Shown: positions 23,871 to 37,020, counted from the stretch's first letter. The stretch is DNA of 64,000 nucleotides from Epiperipatus broadwayi (GCA_028023455.1 JAQFVV010000008.1:12772001-12836000), one strand, 5' to 3'. Made by a program: numbers and translations. Notes: generated from the sequence alone by a model not told the origin.

Positions 23871-26200
23871 TGTATTGTACTGCTAGTGAATAGTGCTACA
23901 TATTTCATAATTTTTTAAGAAAAATTATAGTTAATTTAAAAATTTTAAAATGAAATTTTAAAAAATAAAAATACTGCGGATTATTTATTAGTAAATGATC
24001 AGATTAAATATCACAAAAGAAATAAGTAAAGTTTTAATAAATGAAATATTAATACTAAAGTGTTTAAAGAGTTTACAGGGTTTTAACCCCTCCAGCTTCA
24101 CTTTGGGAAGAATATACCATACTCATTTAAGAACAGGCTACCAGTGGGAGCAGGCCTGATAGATAAAAGGAAGGATGATGATCAAGCACAAATTAGTTTA
24201 GAGAAGATGGATGAATTAAGGCAGAAGAAGCAAAGAAGGCTAAGGATAGATTTATGATAGGAGATGAGGTCATGATAAGAGTCAACCCTACAAGCCATCC
24301 TGAAAAACATATTTTCAAAGAGTTTAAACCAATCTACAATGGTCCGTATACAATAATACAAAAATACAATAACAATGCATTTGCTGTGGCACAGGGCATG
24401 GAGAAGGGAGCATATAATGCCTGGTCACTAAGATTGAAACAGAGAAAAAAGGAACCACTGGACAAACCATGAACAAGGTACAGTAATGGGTAGGAACTGT
24501 AGGTCATAAAATTAAAATAATTCTTTGGGATACACGAAAAAGGAAACAATAAGTAAAAATATAAAGAAATTATTAAAGATAAAATGGGTCAAAAGATGCA
24601 TTTTACTCTCAAACAGAGGGTGGTGTAATGTACTGTGAGTGAATAATGCTACATGTTTCAGAATTTTTTAAGAAAAATAATGGTTAATTTAAGATTTTTA
24701 AAACAAAATTTTAAAAAGTAAAAATACTGCAGAATCATTTATTAGTAAATGATCAGATTAAATTTCACAAAAGAAATAAGTGAAGTTTTAATAAATGAAA
24801 TATTAGTACTAAAGTGTTTAAAGAATTTTTTTGAAGAGATGCAAATCACCAAAAGACAAAGTGTTGTGTCATCTTGTCATTAAAAATATATATATAAAAG
24901 TTTTAGTAGTTAAGAGCAAATAGGAAACGAAGGATGGAAAACTAACTAAGTAAAAAGTTAAAACTTGGGTTCTCTCTTTTCATAAATTTAAAGAAAAAAA
25001 ATGTGTGTGTGTAAAATGAAAATTGAGTTAAAATATGAAAGGAAAGTGTATAAATTTAAATCCACTTAAAGACTGCTCAGCCGATAAACAGAAGAAAGGG
25101 ATTAATAACTATAAATTGCAATAAATGAAAATAATGGAAAATGATTCAAGATGGTATCATCCGAAGGCTAGATTAATCTACAAAAAAAATGCAGATTAAA
25201 CACAATGGGAATATAATTAATAAAACTTGTAAATTAATTAAACCAGATCAGAGTGACAACTAGAGATACAATAAAAAGAAGTCATATAAAAGGACTGAAA
25301 AATCCATTCATTATTATTCTTCATTATTCTTTATTCTGCATGCATATCAATCATCAAGATTAAGACTATTATAACCATATAGTGCCAGCATATTCATACT
25401 GCTATCATGGAAGAGTTTCCAGAGAAGAAGATGATGGGGAAAGCTACTAATATCCTCAGCATGTGAGTAGATTTCTTCACATTTACTGAAGCACCATCTA
25501 ACATCATGCAGTGCTAGAAAGTCGCTGGAATATGCAGACAGTCTTCACTCCCAGTCCTTCAGAACATCAGAAGCCCTCCAAATAGAATTCATGCCCCCTA
25601 TTCAGAACAGTCAAGGAATATCTATCTCAGTGAATATAGGAAGTCAGCCAAGAGCCAAAACCATTAGTGGAGTCTAAAAAACCAACCAGTTGGTGATCAA
25701 TATAGCAGAAGAAAATGAGTCATATCTTTGAAAGAGTAAAGTGCAAAATCCTAGGTAACTATGAATTTCCTTATTCCCATTTTATAAACTGATCATGTTT
25801 AAATAAAAGCCTTTGTTGAACTTTGATAGTTGTAGCAATCTTTAAGTATCTCCTATAAGTCATTATATAGAATGAACCCTAACATGTGCGTGAATATTTA
25901 ATTTTTTGCAAAGCTTTCCATTGAATAATGAATTTATATTTTAATGTATGTGTGTGTATTTAGATTTAAATGTTTTAAGTATAGTATTATTTATTATCAT
26001 ATACCTTAACTAGAAGTGTGTTTAAATAAACTTATAATGTTCTTTTATTATAATATTTTATTACCATGTTTTTGACTAGAAGTGTTATAAATAAATTGTT
26101 TGTTTGCTAATTATTGTTTGGTCAGTTCTCTTTGATAATTATGCCACTAATATATATTCTACAGTTAAATGTAAGTATTAAGCAATACATTATAATTAGT
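23871..26200 (+). mobile_element. Gypsy remnant: partial LTR, integrase C-terminus, PPT and LTR
   Basis: ORF 24254-24472 (GDEVMIR..FKPIYNGPYTII..GAYNAWSL) resembles the IN tail at 55725-55940. PPT-like agagggtgg precedes TGTAATGTAC at 24624. 23871-24070 duplicates 24624-24824. The right boundary is approximate. Confidence 0.7.
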
Positions 26201-26842
26201 CTTCCCTATACTTAAATAACAAACCTAGCTATGGATTAATCAAGTGCTAAATTGTATACCTGTTGTATAAGCATGCTAATTATAACTTATTATTAGCTGG
26301 CACCTGAGGTTTTACTTCAAAACAAATAAATGCTTTGGCTGGCATGGTTCAAATTTAGCAGCTGAAAAGTTCTATAGCCTGGAAATATGGCTGCAGGTTA
26401 TACTTTGTATAGTCTCGGTCTGCTTATTGGTGTCGTTGGTCTTATCCACCTTCTGTATTTGACTTCTCTGATTGAAGGGCTGGTTTGCTATGATAGTGAA
26501 AGTGCAGCTGGAGCAGATCAAGATTTAATTGTTAATTTATAATCAGAGTGATCTTTTCCCACCCAGTTCAGTATATTATTTATGTATATATCCTATTTAG
26601 TATGTATACATAGTAATATATGTGTATAAGTTATCAAAAATATGAAATATTTTAAGTGAAAAGGTTTAACAATTTTACTTTGATTGAAATTTTTTTTTTA
26701 AAAAAAAAAAACTTATCGAAACTATATTGTAAATGAATTTAATACATATAATTTTACTTTAAATCAATTTCACACATATAGTGTATACATATCATTAGAT
26801 ATTTTTGCAGTAAGTTAATATGTATACTCTTTATGTATATAT

Positions 26843-28620
26843 CAGAGGTGGAAATGCATAAGGTCAATAAAAACTGCATCATGTTATTTCAGTACAGAAA
26901 AATAAATATATATATAGACAAATTTTATTTAACTTAATTAATATGATGACATATTTTACACAAGTTTTAAGTGCTGGTATAAAATATATAAGAAAATATA
27001 ATTAAGAGAAATAAATAAAATGCAAAATAATTATTTCAAAATATTAATAATAAAAATAAAATATAATAATAAAAATTCGTTAATAAAAAGTATAACATTT
27101 AATAAAAACCTTTGGCCAAATCTTTGAAATTTGAATTATAATTTGTTAAAACTGATTACAGTTCTATGATGTTGATTGGTCAACTGTGAATATTTTGACT
27201 TCATGAACTTCATTGTGGAATACAATGATTCATAACAATATGTTTCAAAAATTGAAATTAAATGGCAAGCAGCTTTCTTTAAATGTGGATATTTTGATTC
27301 TGGTATGAATTTTCCCAAAATTCAATTAGATAACTAGATTTATGATGCATTTGCAATGCCTGATCCTCTTTCATCTCTAATAATTCCAATTCCCAGCTGC
27401 TTTTTTGACAAGTATTATTTCAGAAATTGGAAATCCATCTTCAATAATATAACAAATAAATGGGTTCACAAAATATGCAAATGTAGATTTAAAACTTTTC
27501 AAATCTTCAAACCTACATTTGAAATCCACAATCTTTCCAATTTTTTTTTATATTTGTCTAATTTTTTTTCTTTGATATTAATTATTAATAATACGCTGAT
27601 GTATTGTGGTGAAACTTTCTATATAATAATTTCTGTAGGCTTTCTATATAATTTCTGCAGGCTTAGCACTTTCAGAGTTTTGTTACTCCATAATCATAGC
27701 CTCTTTAGATTAACATCATTATATGAAAATATATGCAAAACTATCTCCTATATTAATTATATTAGTTTTTACTTGTGGAAAATGATTAAATATTCTGGAC
27801 TTAAAATCGTGCACAAAAATTGAAAATTAGCTTCAAAACTAAATATAGTTTGTAACAAATTAAATCAAGTGTTTGCAAATGTTCCATAATGTCTGTAAGG
27901 AACATTAACTCAGAAAACCAAGTTTCACTTTCTAATTTTGGGTATTTTTTTTCTTTTTTTAAAAACAAATGTTATGATAGGATTTAGGAGTTCCACAAAA
28001 TAGCTCAAAATGTTGTAAGTTGGCAATCATCTTATAATAGACCATAAGGAGAAATCACTGGCAATTCATTTTTTTTAGCATTTAACTCTTCTAAAAAGTT
28101 CTTAAAGTGAGGGTATATTTTGACATTTATTCTAATTAAATTCACAATCTGCAAACAATCTTCCACACATTTTTTATGAGATGCTCATGGTGAATTATGC
28201 AGTGGAGAGATATAAAATGTGGAAATTTTAGGATCATTGTTTAAAAGACCAATAAGACCCAGGTTTTTCCTTATCATTGCAATGGATCTGTCAGCCATAA
28301 TACTTCAAACCTGTTCATTACCTCATCAAATACATTTCTGAAATTGATACTGTGAGTTGTTTCAGTAAGAGCTAGTAAAGCTAACATTTCTTTCTTCACA
28401 TTTACATCTGCAGATACATAGCAGCAAAAATGGCCAATTTTGAAACATCCTGAATATCTGTAAACTCATCAAGAGAAAAATTGAGTGCTGTACAATTTTT
28501 CAAATCATACATCAAATTATTTTCAACATTTTACTAATTTCACGAATGCAACACTCAGATGTACAGCATGACATAGGGAATCGTGCAATCAATTCATGCA
28601 GTTTTGTATTATCTAAATCA
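26843..28620 (-). mobile_element. Degraded hAT (Charlie/Buster, GTF2IRD2-like) transposase
   Basis: FSLDEFTDIQD (first catalytic-D region, ~28455-28480) and the dimerisation domain YPHLKKAACHLISIFETYCYESLYSTMKFMKSKYSQLTNQH (27136-27318). A possible terminus cagaggtgg lies at 26843. Confidence 0.8.
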
Positions 28621-29345
28621 AAGCTTTAGCCACTTCCAAGTTTCTTTTAATAATAGAAGTATTATTCTTATATCTTCTCTTTTACTTTTTTGCATTCTTC
28701 ATATATTCATATATATTACTTTTTATAAATCTCTACATATACACTCCTATGCACATTTTTAAAATATAATTCCTTTAATTTTCTAATAATTTCAATTGTC
28801 CTGCAATCTTCATCAGAGCTACATTTAAACATATAATCATATAACCATTATTCTATATACATATAAAAATAAATATTTTACATTATTATTCATAATCATA
28901 TTTTATTTTTAACCCTATACCTTTACTTCCCTCTTTTTTTACTGATTATTATTTTTCAATATTTCTTTACTATTTCGACTTTCTTTTTACTTTTTACCTT
29001 TTCTTCTTACCTATTGTTATACATTAATCTCTAATATTTACATTTTTATTTTACTTTTAATACCTATAAATCTAATTTTGTTCCTTCCTTTCTAATATTT
29101 ATCTATACTTATTTTTTTTTTATTAATAATTTGTATTCCTATCTTTATTCCCTTTTATAATTCACTTATTCATTTTATTCACCATTTGCATAACCTTCCC
29201 CTTTCTTTTTAAATTTATAACTGACTCTTTTTTTTTAAATCCTTAGCTTCTTTTTCATATACTCTTTAACACAACTCCCTCTATTATCAATTTCTTTAAC
29301 TTTCTATCCTATTTTTAAACTTTTTATTCTATAAAACTTTACATA

Positions 29346-30998
29346 CACCTGGGTTTCATTTTATGTGGACTTTTTAAATGAGATTTTGAAGTTATGTGAT
29401 TCATGTTTCTTCTTAATATCTTTTATGTGGTTTTCTTTTATGCAATAAAGAAGTTCATATTTCACTATATTTATTAGATATCAAGAAATATAAATTATTA
29501 ACAATTTATTTTGACTTTTTTTCATAAATATAATGTTATATTAGCAGCTAATGAGAAAATAGCCTGAAGTTATTTAGAAACTTACCTTCTACATAAACAA
29601 TCTACTTATACTTACAAGTATAAAAATATTGCAATAAATATTGAACAATTTTTAACTTTTAAAACATATTTCGTTAGATGTAACAGAAATAAATAAACAT
29701 TCTTTGAGATTTTTAAAAATAATCAGAAATAAAAGATTTTGTTGATTTTGTAAACTGAAAATAATCTTTCTAGAAATGATAACATATAATCTTTTTGTTT
29801 GAATCGCAATCTCATTTTTTTAAATATTTATAGCAACAAAATGTGAACATTTAAAATTTATTTCAGTAGTAAACAAAAATATCTATCAAATGAAGTCAAA
29901 TTTATTATTTTCTGATAAGTAATAATCATTTAATCATATATTTTACGTTGATGTGTGAGACAAAGAAAAACATCAGAAAATGCTGAAATTTGAGTTTGCT
30001 GCAATGAACAAGCTCTTAAATTCCAATGAAAGCTAAATAGTAGTTGTATGTCTGTGTTATGTATGCATATTTGTATATTTTCTTTTATACACATATATAC
30101 ATGGAGAAACTTTTAGACAGAAAAAAGTTATAATAACTTTTATTTTCTACTTAAAAAGAATATATCTTTAAAATGTGTTTATATTTTCTTGTATACACAT
30201 ATGTACATGGAGAAACTTTTAAACAGAAAAAAGTTACAAGTAAAAATATTTAAGAACTTTTAATTTCTACTTAAAAATAACGTATCTTTAAAATTTTTTA
30301 AATATTTTTACTTGTAACTTCTTTCTATCTAAAAGTTTCTTCATGTATATACATGTAAAAAAAGAAACTTTAATCATTAGTCATTATTAACACACTCTTA
30401 AAAGTGTGTTATATATAGAGAGAGTTGCACTAGTGGAAGTGTATTCTCTAACAGCTAAACATAGCAGTCTGGATATCACTAGCTTTATAAACAATTAGTA
30501 AAATCATCATCTCAAAGTTTAATCACCGATTACATTGTCGATAGAAAAACATTAACACAGCACAAGACTGAAGGTGGCACTAGTTGTACTTCCTCTGGTG
30601 ATGAATGTGATTTCTTACCAGTTCACAAATGAGCCGCATATAGTCAAATAGCGATAATGATTAAAATATGTTTGAAAAAATGTAAAATATATTACACATA
30701 AAACATATTGTTTTGAATAAAATTAAATACTGTAGTTAATAAAAAAAGTAAAAAAAGTTTGTATTGTATCCATTTTTTTCAAATATTTGAAATTTTTTAT
30801 TAGTCATAATTTATTTCCTTATTTTTTTTATGCGAATTTTAAAGTAATTTTTCCTTGTTGCTTTGCTTTTATGCGATTTCTGAAAATTAGGGAATGTATC
30901 CCCCATTTTTCAAGATAAGTTAAGTCTATTTATGTGCAATTTTTTTTAATGCAGATTTTCTGCGGAACCTATCTACCACATAAAATGACACCCAGGTG
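29346..30998. mobile_element. Non-autonomous Tc1/mariner (Tigger/pogo-like) element
   Basis: TA-flanked TIRs CACCTGGGTTTCATTTTATGTGG and CCACATAAAATGACACCCAGGTG. Subterminal ttatgcg repeats and a ggaacctatctacc motif. Confidence 0.75.
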
Positions 30999-31049
30999 TA
31001 TATACATTTTCTCTATTATTATTATTATTAATAACTTTTCATTCTCCAT

Positions 31050-31230
31050 GTACACATTTGGTGTGAGCAATATTTCAAGCTATTCAAAAACTAGCTTTGT
31101 TGGCTCTGTTATGTTTGCGACTAAGAGAAGACAAGAGTCCTTGTTGCTTATGAAGACCTGATTGCAATGATTTAAGTTTCTTTGTTCACAATTTTGAATT
31201 GTTTTGAAAAGTAGGGGTAATTTACTTCAT
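31050..31230 (-). pseudogene. Possible hAT dimerisation-domain fragment
   Basis: ISNKDSCLLLVANITEPTKLVFE*LEILL weakly resembles S.ER.FS.AG.I.T..R..L....LE.L. Confidence 0.35.
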
Positions 31231-33564
31231 AATGTCAACATAAATTGCTTACTTGTAGTTTGCAATTGTAATTTTACAAATTAAGACACAATGACTTTCC
31301 ATTAGTGACAATAAAAGCAAAATTTTCTACCCATTCTTTCTGAAAGCTTCTATTTTCTTGTTCATATTTTCATTTTTTGATATTTTCTGAGATCATATTA
31401 ACAAAAAAGTTAAGTAAATTTATTTCCAAAGTCTGAAATTCAAACAAAATAAAAAAATAATTAAAATAAAAATGTCTAAACATTAATTATTGTTTTAAGA
31501 TTCATAAATGGTACAACAAATTGTCAAAGAAACAGGACTTGGAATAAAAACAATTTAGAATAATTAAAAGCAATTTTGGACTATATTTTTTTTTGGTTGA
31601 TATTTTCCTGATAATTTTTAAACATCTGTTTTATTATTATTAATCACTAAAAAATAGAAACAATATAAAAAAATCAAGCAAATGCTTTCCAGTTTTATTT
31701 TCAAGAGTTTTTTATATAATTGTTTTTAAAAAAACATGAAACTCTAAGTGCCATTAATTATAAACAATTAAAATAATTTTTTAATCTGTAAGCATGTCTT
31801 TAGAAAGCTTGCACTGACATAGTTGAAAAATTACACATCATAAACAAGTTTAAATTGCTTAATAAAACAGGCTACTTACCAGATTTTAAAAAAAATATGA
31901 AATAGAACATTTATCTGATAGGAAAACTATCACTGAAATATACAACATTGCACAAATCATAAATATACACACGTGATGATTCCATACATGCATTAAGTAA
32001 TTTTTATAAAATTTTGTAGATGTCAATAACATACAATTTGCTAATATATTTGAACATAGTATGTACATACATATATGATATAATATATAATAAAATAATA
32101 AAAATGTTTGATGAAAATTTTTATCATATTACAATTTTTTGTCAATTAAAAAAAATCTGAAATAATAAAAATAAAACTGAATCTCAATGAGAGCTGCATT
32201 TGCCCCCTGTTGGTATATATCATATTTAGTATGTGTACATCATTATACATGAATAAGAAATTGGTAAATAACTTTTCTAACAAGGTTGATAGTATGCATT
32301 ATTTAAAACAGTCCCCTCATGCTTATTATCTAAGAAACTAATTCACTTATTTAAAAAAAAAAATGAGTTCTATCACTTTCATAGACATTTTAAACAAATG
32401 TCCAAAATTTCAACAAGTTATATTACACTTGAATATATTAAATATCAATTGTGAAATGTTTAAAAAATATTAAATTGAAAAAAAAATGTTATATTGCCCT
32501 CTGGTGACTTAAAAAATAAACAAACAAACCAATTTTTCAACTTCAATAAAAGCATTTTTTTTAAAAAAATTTGTAATGTGTAGCAATGTTGTCACCTTTT
32601 TAGTTTTTTTAATTCTTTACAAATCAAGATTTTAGGTACACATTAAATTTATAAATTATGTCATAGCAGACTGTATTTCATTACTCTCCTCCCTCACTTT
32701 TGAAAAAGCAAAGAAGAAAGAAATTTAAAAATTTCTAAAGACAAAAAAGAAGAGGAATCAAAATTGCCAAAACAATTTCTTTCAAACACAAATAAGAAAA
32801 GATTGTTTGAAATTTACATTTTGCAAGTCTATATTAGGTAGGTAGTATTATGAGAAATCAACTGTGAAATCTTATACCCCCCCTCATCTCTCTCTCACTC
32901 TTTCACCTCCTCTCTTTTTTTCTCAAAACCTAATAAGAAATTGAAAAGAGAAATAAAAATTTGCAAAAAAAAACTCCCAAAAGATTTGTCAATGAAAACT
33001 AACACTAACAGCTTTTAGATTACACATTGAAATTTGTAAATTAAGTTGTCATAATATTACCATAATAAATTGTCAAAACAGATTTAAAGAGTCAATTAAA
33101 GAGAAAATCAAAATATAGGTAGTTGACTAGATTGGCATCAAATGACATATATAAACATTTTTAACTTAAAAAGTTGGCTGAAAAAATATTTTATTGCCAA
33201 ATATTCATTTTGTATCAGTAACCGAATTTGGAAATAAATAAAAAGTCATTCATTATCAAAAAATTTAAGAATAGGTTTAAATAATTGGGAAGAGTCTTTA
33301 ATTATCTTTTTCTTTTAAACGAATATTTTACTAATGAAGTTAAAAAATGAGATGGAAGAAAATAAATGTTAACACTGTATTTGTGAATTCATAATTTGTT
33401 TTTATCAACTCACCCCCCCCCCCAACTCTAATTTTTGCTTTTATTACTTTTTATTTAAAAATGTATATATGTACAGTGAGCTTCAACATTAATACTCATA
33501 CATAGATTAAGTGTAATTAATATGCATTTTCTAAAGCAAATACTGCAGGGTTCACTGTACCATG

Positions 33565-33686
33565 CTAATAATTAAATGCTATGTCTATAAGGATTTGACT
33601 ATTGCGTTTCACTAATTCAATCTTCATGAAAATTTTTTGAAACTCATCAAATATAAAAAATGTGAACCCTCTGTATTTAAAGTAAC
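33565..33686 (-). pseudogene. Fourth, diverged copy of the GTSF1 C-terminal exon unit
   Basis: Starts GYFKYRG like the copies at 34549 and 34324. The acceptor position reads TG. The frame diverges and stops after 40 codons. Confidence 0.45.
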
Positions 33687-33807
33687 CAAACAAGATCTTT
33701 TATTTTTTTAAAAACTAAACTCATCAAGATTACTATGTACATATATATATATAATAATTAATAAAACAAGTCACAAAATGCGGAACTTGCTTAAGCTTGT
33801 ATTACAG

Positions 33808-34142
33808 ATATTCACTAGCGGGAGCTTACCAATAGCTCCAACCAAGCTTTAATTTATAAGTGCCAAAAGAGAAAGAATTTTAAATCTCTATCGGAAAGCT
33901 TCCATTCCCAGACCGATCAGTTTCGAGCTTATGGCTCACCTCAGTGAAGAGCTAGGACTTCAGACTTTTGAATTGGTATTTTGGATCTAGTGTTTGAAGT
34001 CCTAGCTCCTCACTGAGATGAGCCATAAGCTTGAAACTAATCAGTCTGGGGGTTTTCTGATAGAGACTTTAAATTCTTTCTCTTTGGAACTTATAAATTA
34101 AAGCTTGGTTGGAGCTATTGGTAAGCTCCCTTTAGTGAATAT
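33808..34142. mobile_element. Palindromic Penelope-like terminal-repeat insertion with hammerhead-like motifs in both arms
   Basis: Near-perfect ~150-bp inverted arms. 34008-34051 (+) CCTCA-CTGAGAT-GAGC(CATAA)GCTT-GAAA-C(TAATCA)G-TC-TGGGG and its counterpart 33906-33949 (-). Confidence 0.75.
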
Positions 34143-34165
34143 ATATATATATTAAATTACTTTAC

Positions 34166-34324
34166 TTTTTCCACAACCTATTGAAGAAACATTTTTATGT
34201 TCATTTGTAACAATCACTTGAGGTCTTTTCAGAGACTGAAGTTCTTCAACAAATATTTTCTCTATTTCAATAATAAATTGGGAACATTTTTTAAGTAATG
34301 AAGATCCTCTGTATTTGAAATAAT
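34166..34324 (-). pseudogene. Third copy of the GTSF1 C-terminal exon unit (open frame, acceptor AG changed to AA)
   Basis: 159 nt, same length as 34391-34549. Encodes YFKYRGSSLLKKCSQFIIEIEKIFVEELQSLKRPQVIVTNEHKNVSSIGCGK. Donor gtaaag retained; acceptor reads gtgtaa. Confidence 0.55.
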
Positions 34325-34390
34325 TTACACATTTTTTAAAAAAAAAACTAAATTCATAAAGTTTGTAATATATATATTAAATTACTTTAC

Positions 34391-34549
34391 CTCTTCCACA
34401 GCCCATTGAAAAAGCATTTTGATGTTCGCTTGCAAAAATCTTTTGAAATCTTCTTAGCGGCTGAAGTTCTTCAATAAGCATTTTCTCATTTTTAATAATG
34501 GATTCAGGAAATTTTTTAAGTAATGTGGACCCTCTGTATTTGAAATAAC
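34391..34549 (-). CDS. Candidate additional GTSF1 exon (symmetric phase 1), second copy of the C-terminal module
   Basis: tcttgcag| ... |gtaaag. Open frame GYFKYRGSTLLKKFPESIIKNEKMLIEELQPLRRFQKIFASEHQNAFSMGCGR. In phase with the donor at 34622 across a 72-nt intron. Confidence 0.55.
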
Positions 34550-34607
34550 CTGCAAGATTTATTTTTTTTTGAAAAATTAAACTCATTATGAATATAATAT
34601 ATATATA

Positions 34608-34788
34608 TTAAATGATTTTACCTCTTCCACAGCCCACTAAAGAAGCATTTTTACGTTCACTTGAAAAAATCATTTGAGATCTTCCTACAGGCTGAAGTTC
34701 TTCAACAAAACTTTTCTCATTTTTGATATATTCAGAAAAATTTTTATGTAATAGTTTTCTAACTTTTTTTCGTTCTGCTGGTTTTAAA
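34608..34788 (-). CDS. GTSF1: Candidate GTSF1 exon 3 (terminal to the stop at 34608, or spliced at 34622)
   Basis: tatag|T TTA AAA CCA (phase 2, matches the 43331 exon). LKPAERKKVRK resembles the ..P.ERR.FR segment I recall after the zinc fingers in arthropod GTSF1. Ends GCGRGKII*. The three-exon model gives 160 aa. Confidence 0.6.
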
Positions 34789-35329
34789 CTATATATATAA
34801 ATAAGCATATACATATACATAAACATAGACATATTATACATTTAACTCATTTACTCAATAATATTATTAACTCAGAAACAAAACGAGGGGTTAATTCTTA
34901 ACATGTCTACTAATAAAATAAATTTCAAATAAACTCAAAGTGTTTGAAATAAATAAGCAACAGCATACTGCAATAATATTATGTACATTGATCAATTGGT
35001 TACCTAGGCATTTCCTGCTTTCCTATCCTATCACTATAATCTAACTGCCTTATATCTCCCATTAGTTTTTAAATCACAACCCTTTCTTTCAATCTATTTT
35101 TCTTAGAAGTAAAGTATTTTTTGACAATGTATATATATTTTTTCAAACCTAAAAGCAAATATTATCTTTTTCTATACATTATATAGAAATATAATAATGA
35201 TAAATCTCAAAATGTCAATGTTATCCTATAATATTTTCTAAGCTCAAAACATTGCTAGACAAAAAAGTTGTTCAGCACTCACACCACAAATATTTTCTAG
35301 ATAAAATTTCAACAATATTTTAAGTTCAA

Positions 35330-36050
35330 GTGATAACAAAGGTATTTTCACTAAATAACAACTATAGAGTTAAGTATTTTATAAAATAACCAAAAGAACA
35401 AGCTGGATTTAAAAGTGGTTTTAGTACAGTGAATCATATTCACATATTGAGAAAAGTTATAGAAAGGATCAATGTATATGAGTTATCAGTATTAGATTAT
35501 GAAAAGGCCTTTTGATTCTATAAGCATTTCTATAATGACTAAAGGACTGGATTATCAAGATATAGATCCAGGATATTATATTCAAAATATATTTGTCAAA
35601 ATGCCATAATAATGATTAGATTATAAGATAGAAAGATTCCATATATCCAAAACAGTTTCAAATAGCAGGTTTACAAAGAAGTATTTTGTGGATTTAGATT
35701 TAGCAGATGATGTGGTTATTTTTGCAAATAATGCTTCAGATCTTCAAGAAATATTGCAAGAGTTATCAGATGAAACTAAGAAAGTAGGACTAAAAATAAA
35801 TGCTAAAAAGATTAAACAAATATTCAATGGACCCCCAAAATGGATGATGAATTAGAAATATCTTGATTCATATTATTAATACAGATGGAAATATAATGAA
35901 TGAAATTAATCACAGAATTAAATTTGGATAGAGTGCTTTAGATAGAAATATTATTAAGAATTATTTAGCAATAAACTGATATTTTTAAATGAAGTAATTT
36001 TAAATAAAACATTATGCAATTATAGTGTTAGCAGAATCATGGATTTTGAC
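35330..36050 (+). pseudogene. RTE-clade LINE reverse transcriptase fragment
   Basis: QPKEQAGFKSGFSTVNHIHILRKVIE, DYEKAF and LDLADDVVIFA remnants, with stops and frameshifts. Confidence 0.8.
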
Positions 36051-36935
36051 TGAATCTGCATGCATTATGAGACAAACTAACTACAATGAATTAAATAGAT
36101 TTTATTGGAGTTAAACTGCTGTTTTATTTATACTTATACAGCCACAACTTTCTAAAATAGAGTCTACATGCTAACATATCGATATTATAATATGAAGAAT
36201 AAATAAATTATTGGCATTTATAACTATATTAAAAGAACTATGATAAATAACATAATTTATAAGTGCATGTGTTAGCATCATAAATATAAAAGGATTTGAA
36301 CATGTTAAATAATTGTGCTTGTTTCATCAACACATGAAATGCTTTGTCTCAGAAATTTTTTTTATTTTACTGGGAATCTACTATCAAAATTCTTACTTCA
36401 GATAATATATATAAATGCATGTGATGACAGAATAACATGAATAAAACAAATCAAATGTTGTTTGAATCTATATTATTGTAACACTATAAAAATCTATGTT
36501 ATTACATTCATAAATTATAAAGTGTGATAATAATGCATACTTTAATTATGATCTTTACACTTAAAACAGCATGAATAACATTAAGTAATTTTAACAAAAT
36601 GATACACATCAAACATTATTGTAATCATTTGCTTATTAATGAACAAATGTTTTGACAAAGAAGGGATTTATAGTTTGCTCTGGTTGTAAACTTTAATATT
36701 TTAATTTTCTAATGTGACATTGTTAATGAAATTACTATTGTTAATTTAAAGTACCTGAAAATCTAAAATCTAGATAGGTCTTTTATTAGTCAACTTGCCT
36801 ATAAATAAATAAAGCAAGTATTATATGTATACCAGAAGACAAACTTAGGTGAACCATGATTGAATCAAGTTAGATGAATCTCAACACTATCCCAAATAAT
36901 CCAGGATAACAATAAGACAAGTATGTGTTTCAAGA

Positions 36936-36940
<5 letters not shown>

Positions 36941-37020
<80 letters not shown>
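36941..37020. repeat. (TA)n microsatellite
   Basis: Two long TA runs separated by ctt. Confidence 0.95.

Noticed and set aside
27356-27823. 155-aa plus-strand ORF
   Set aside because: It is an antisense shadow of the minus-strand hAT transposase.
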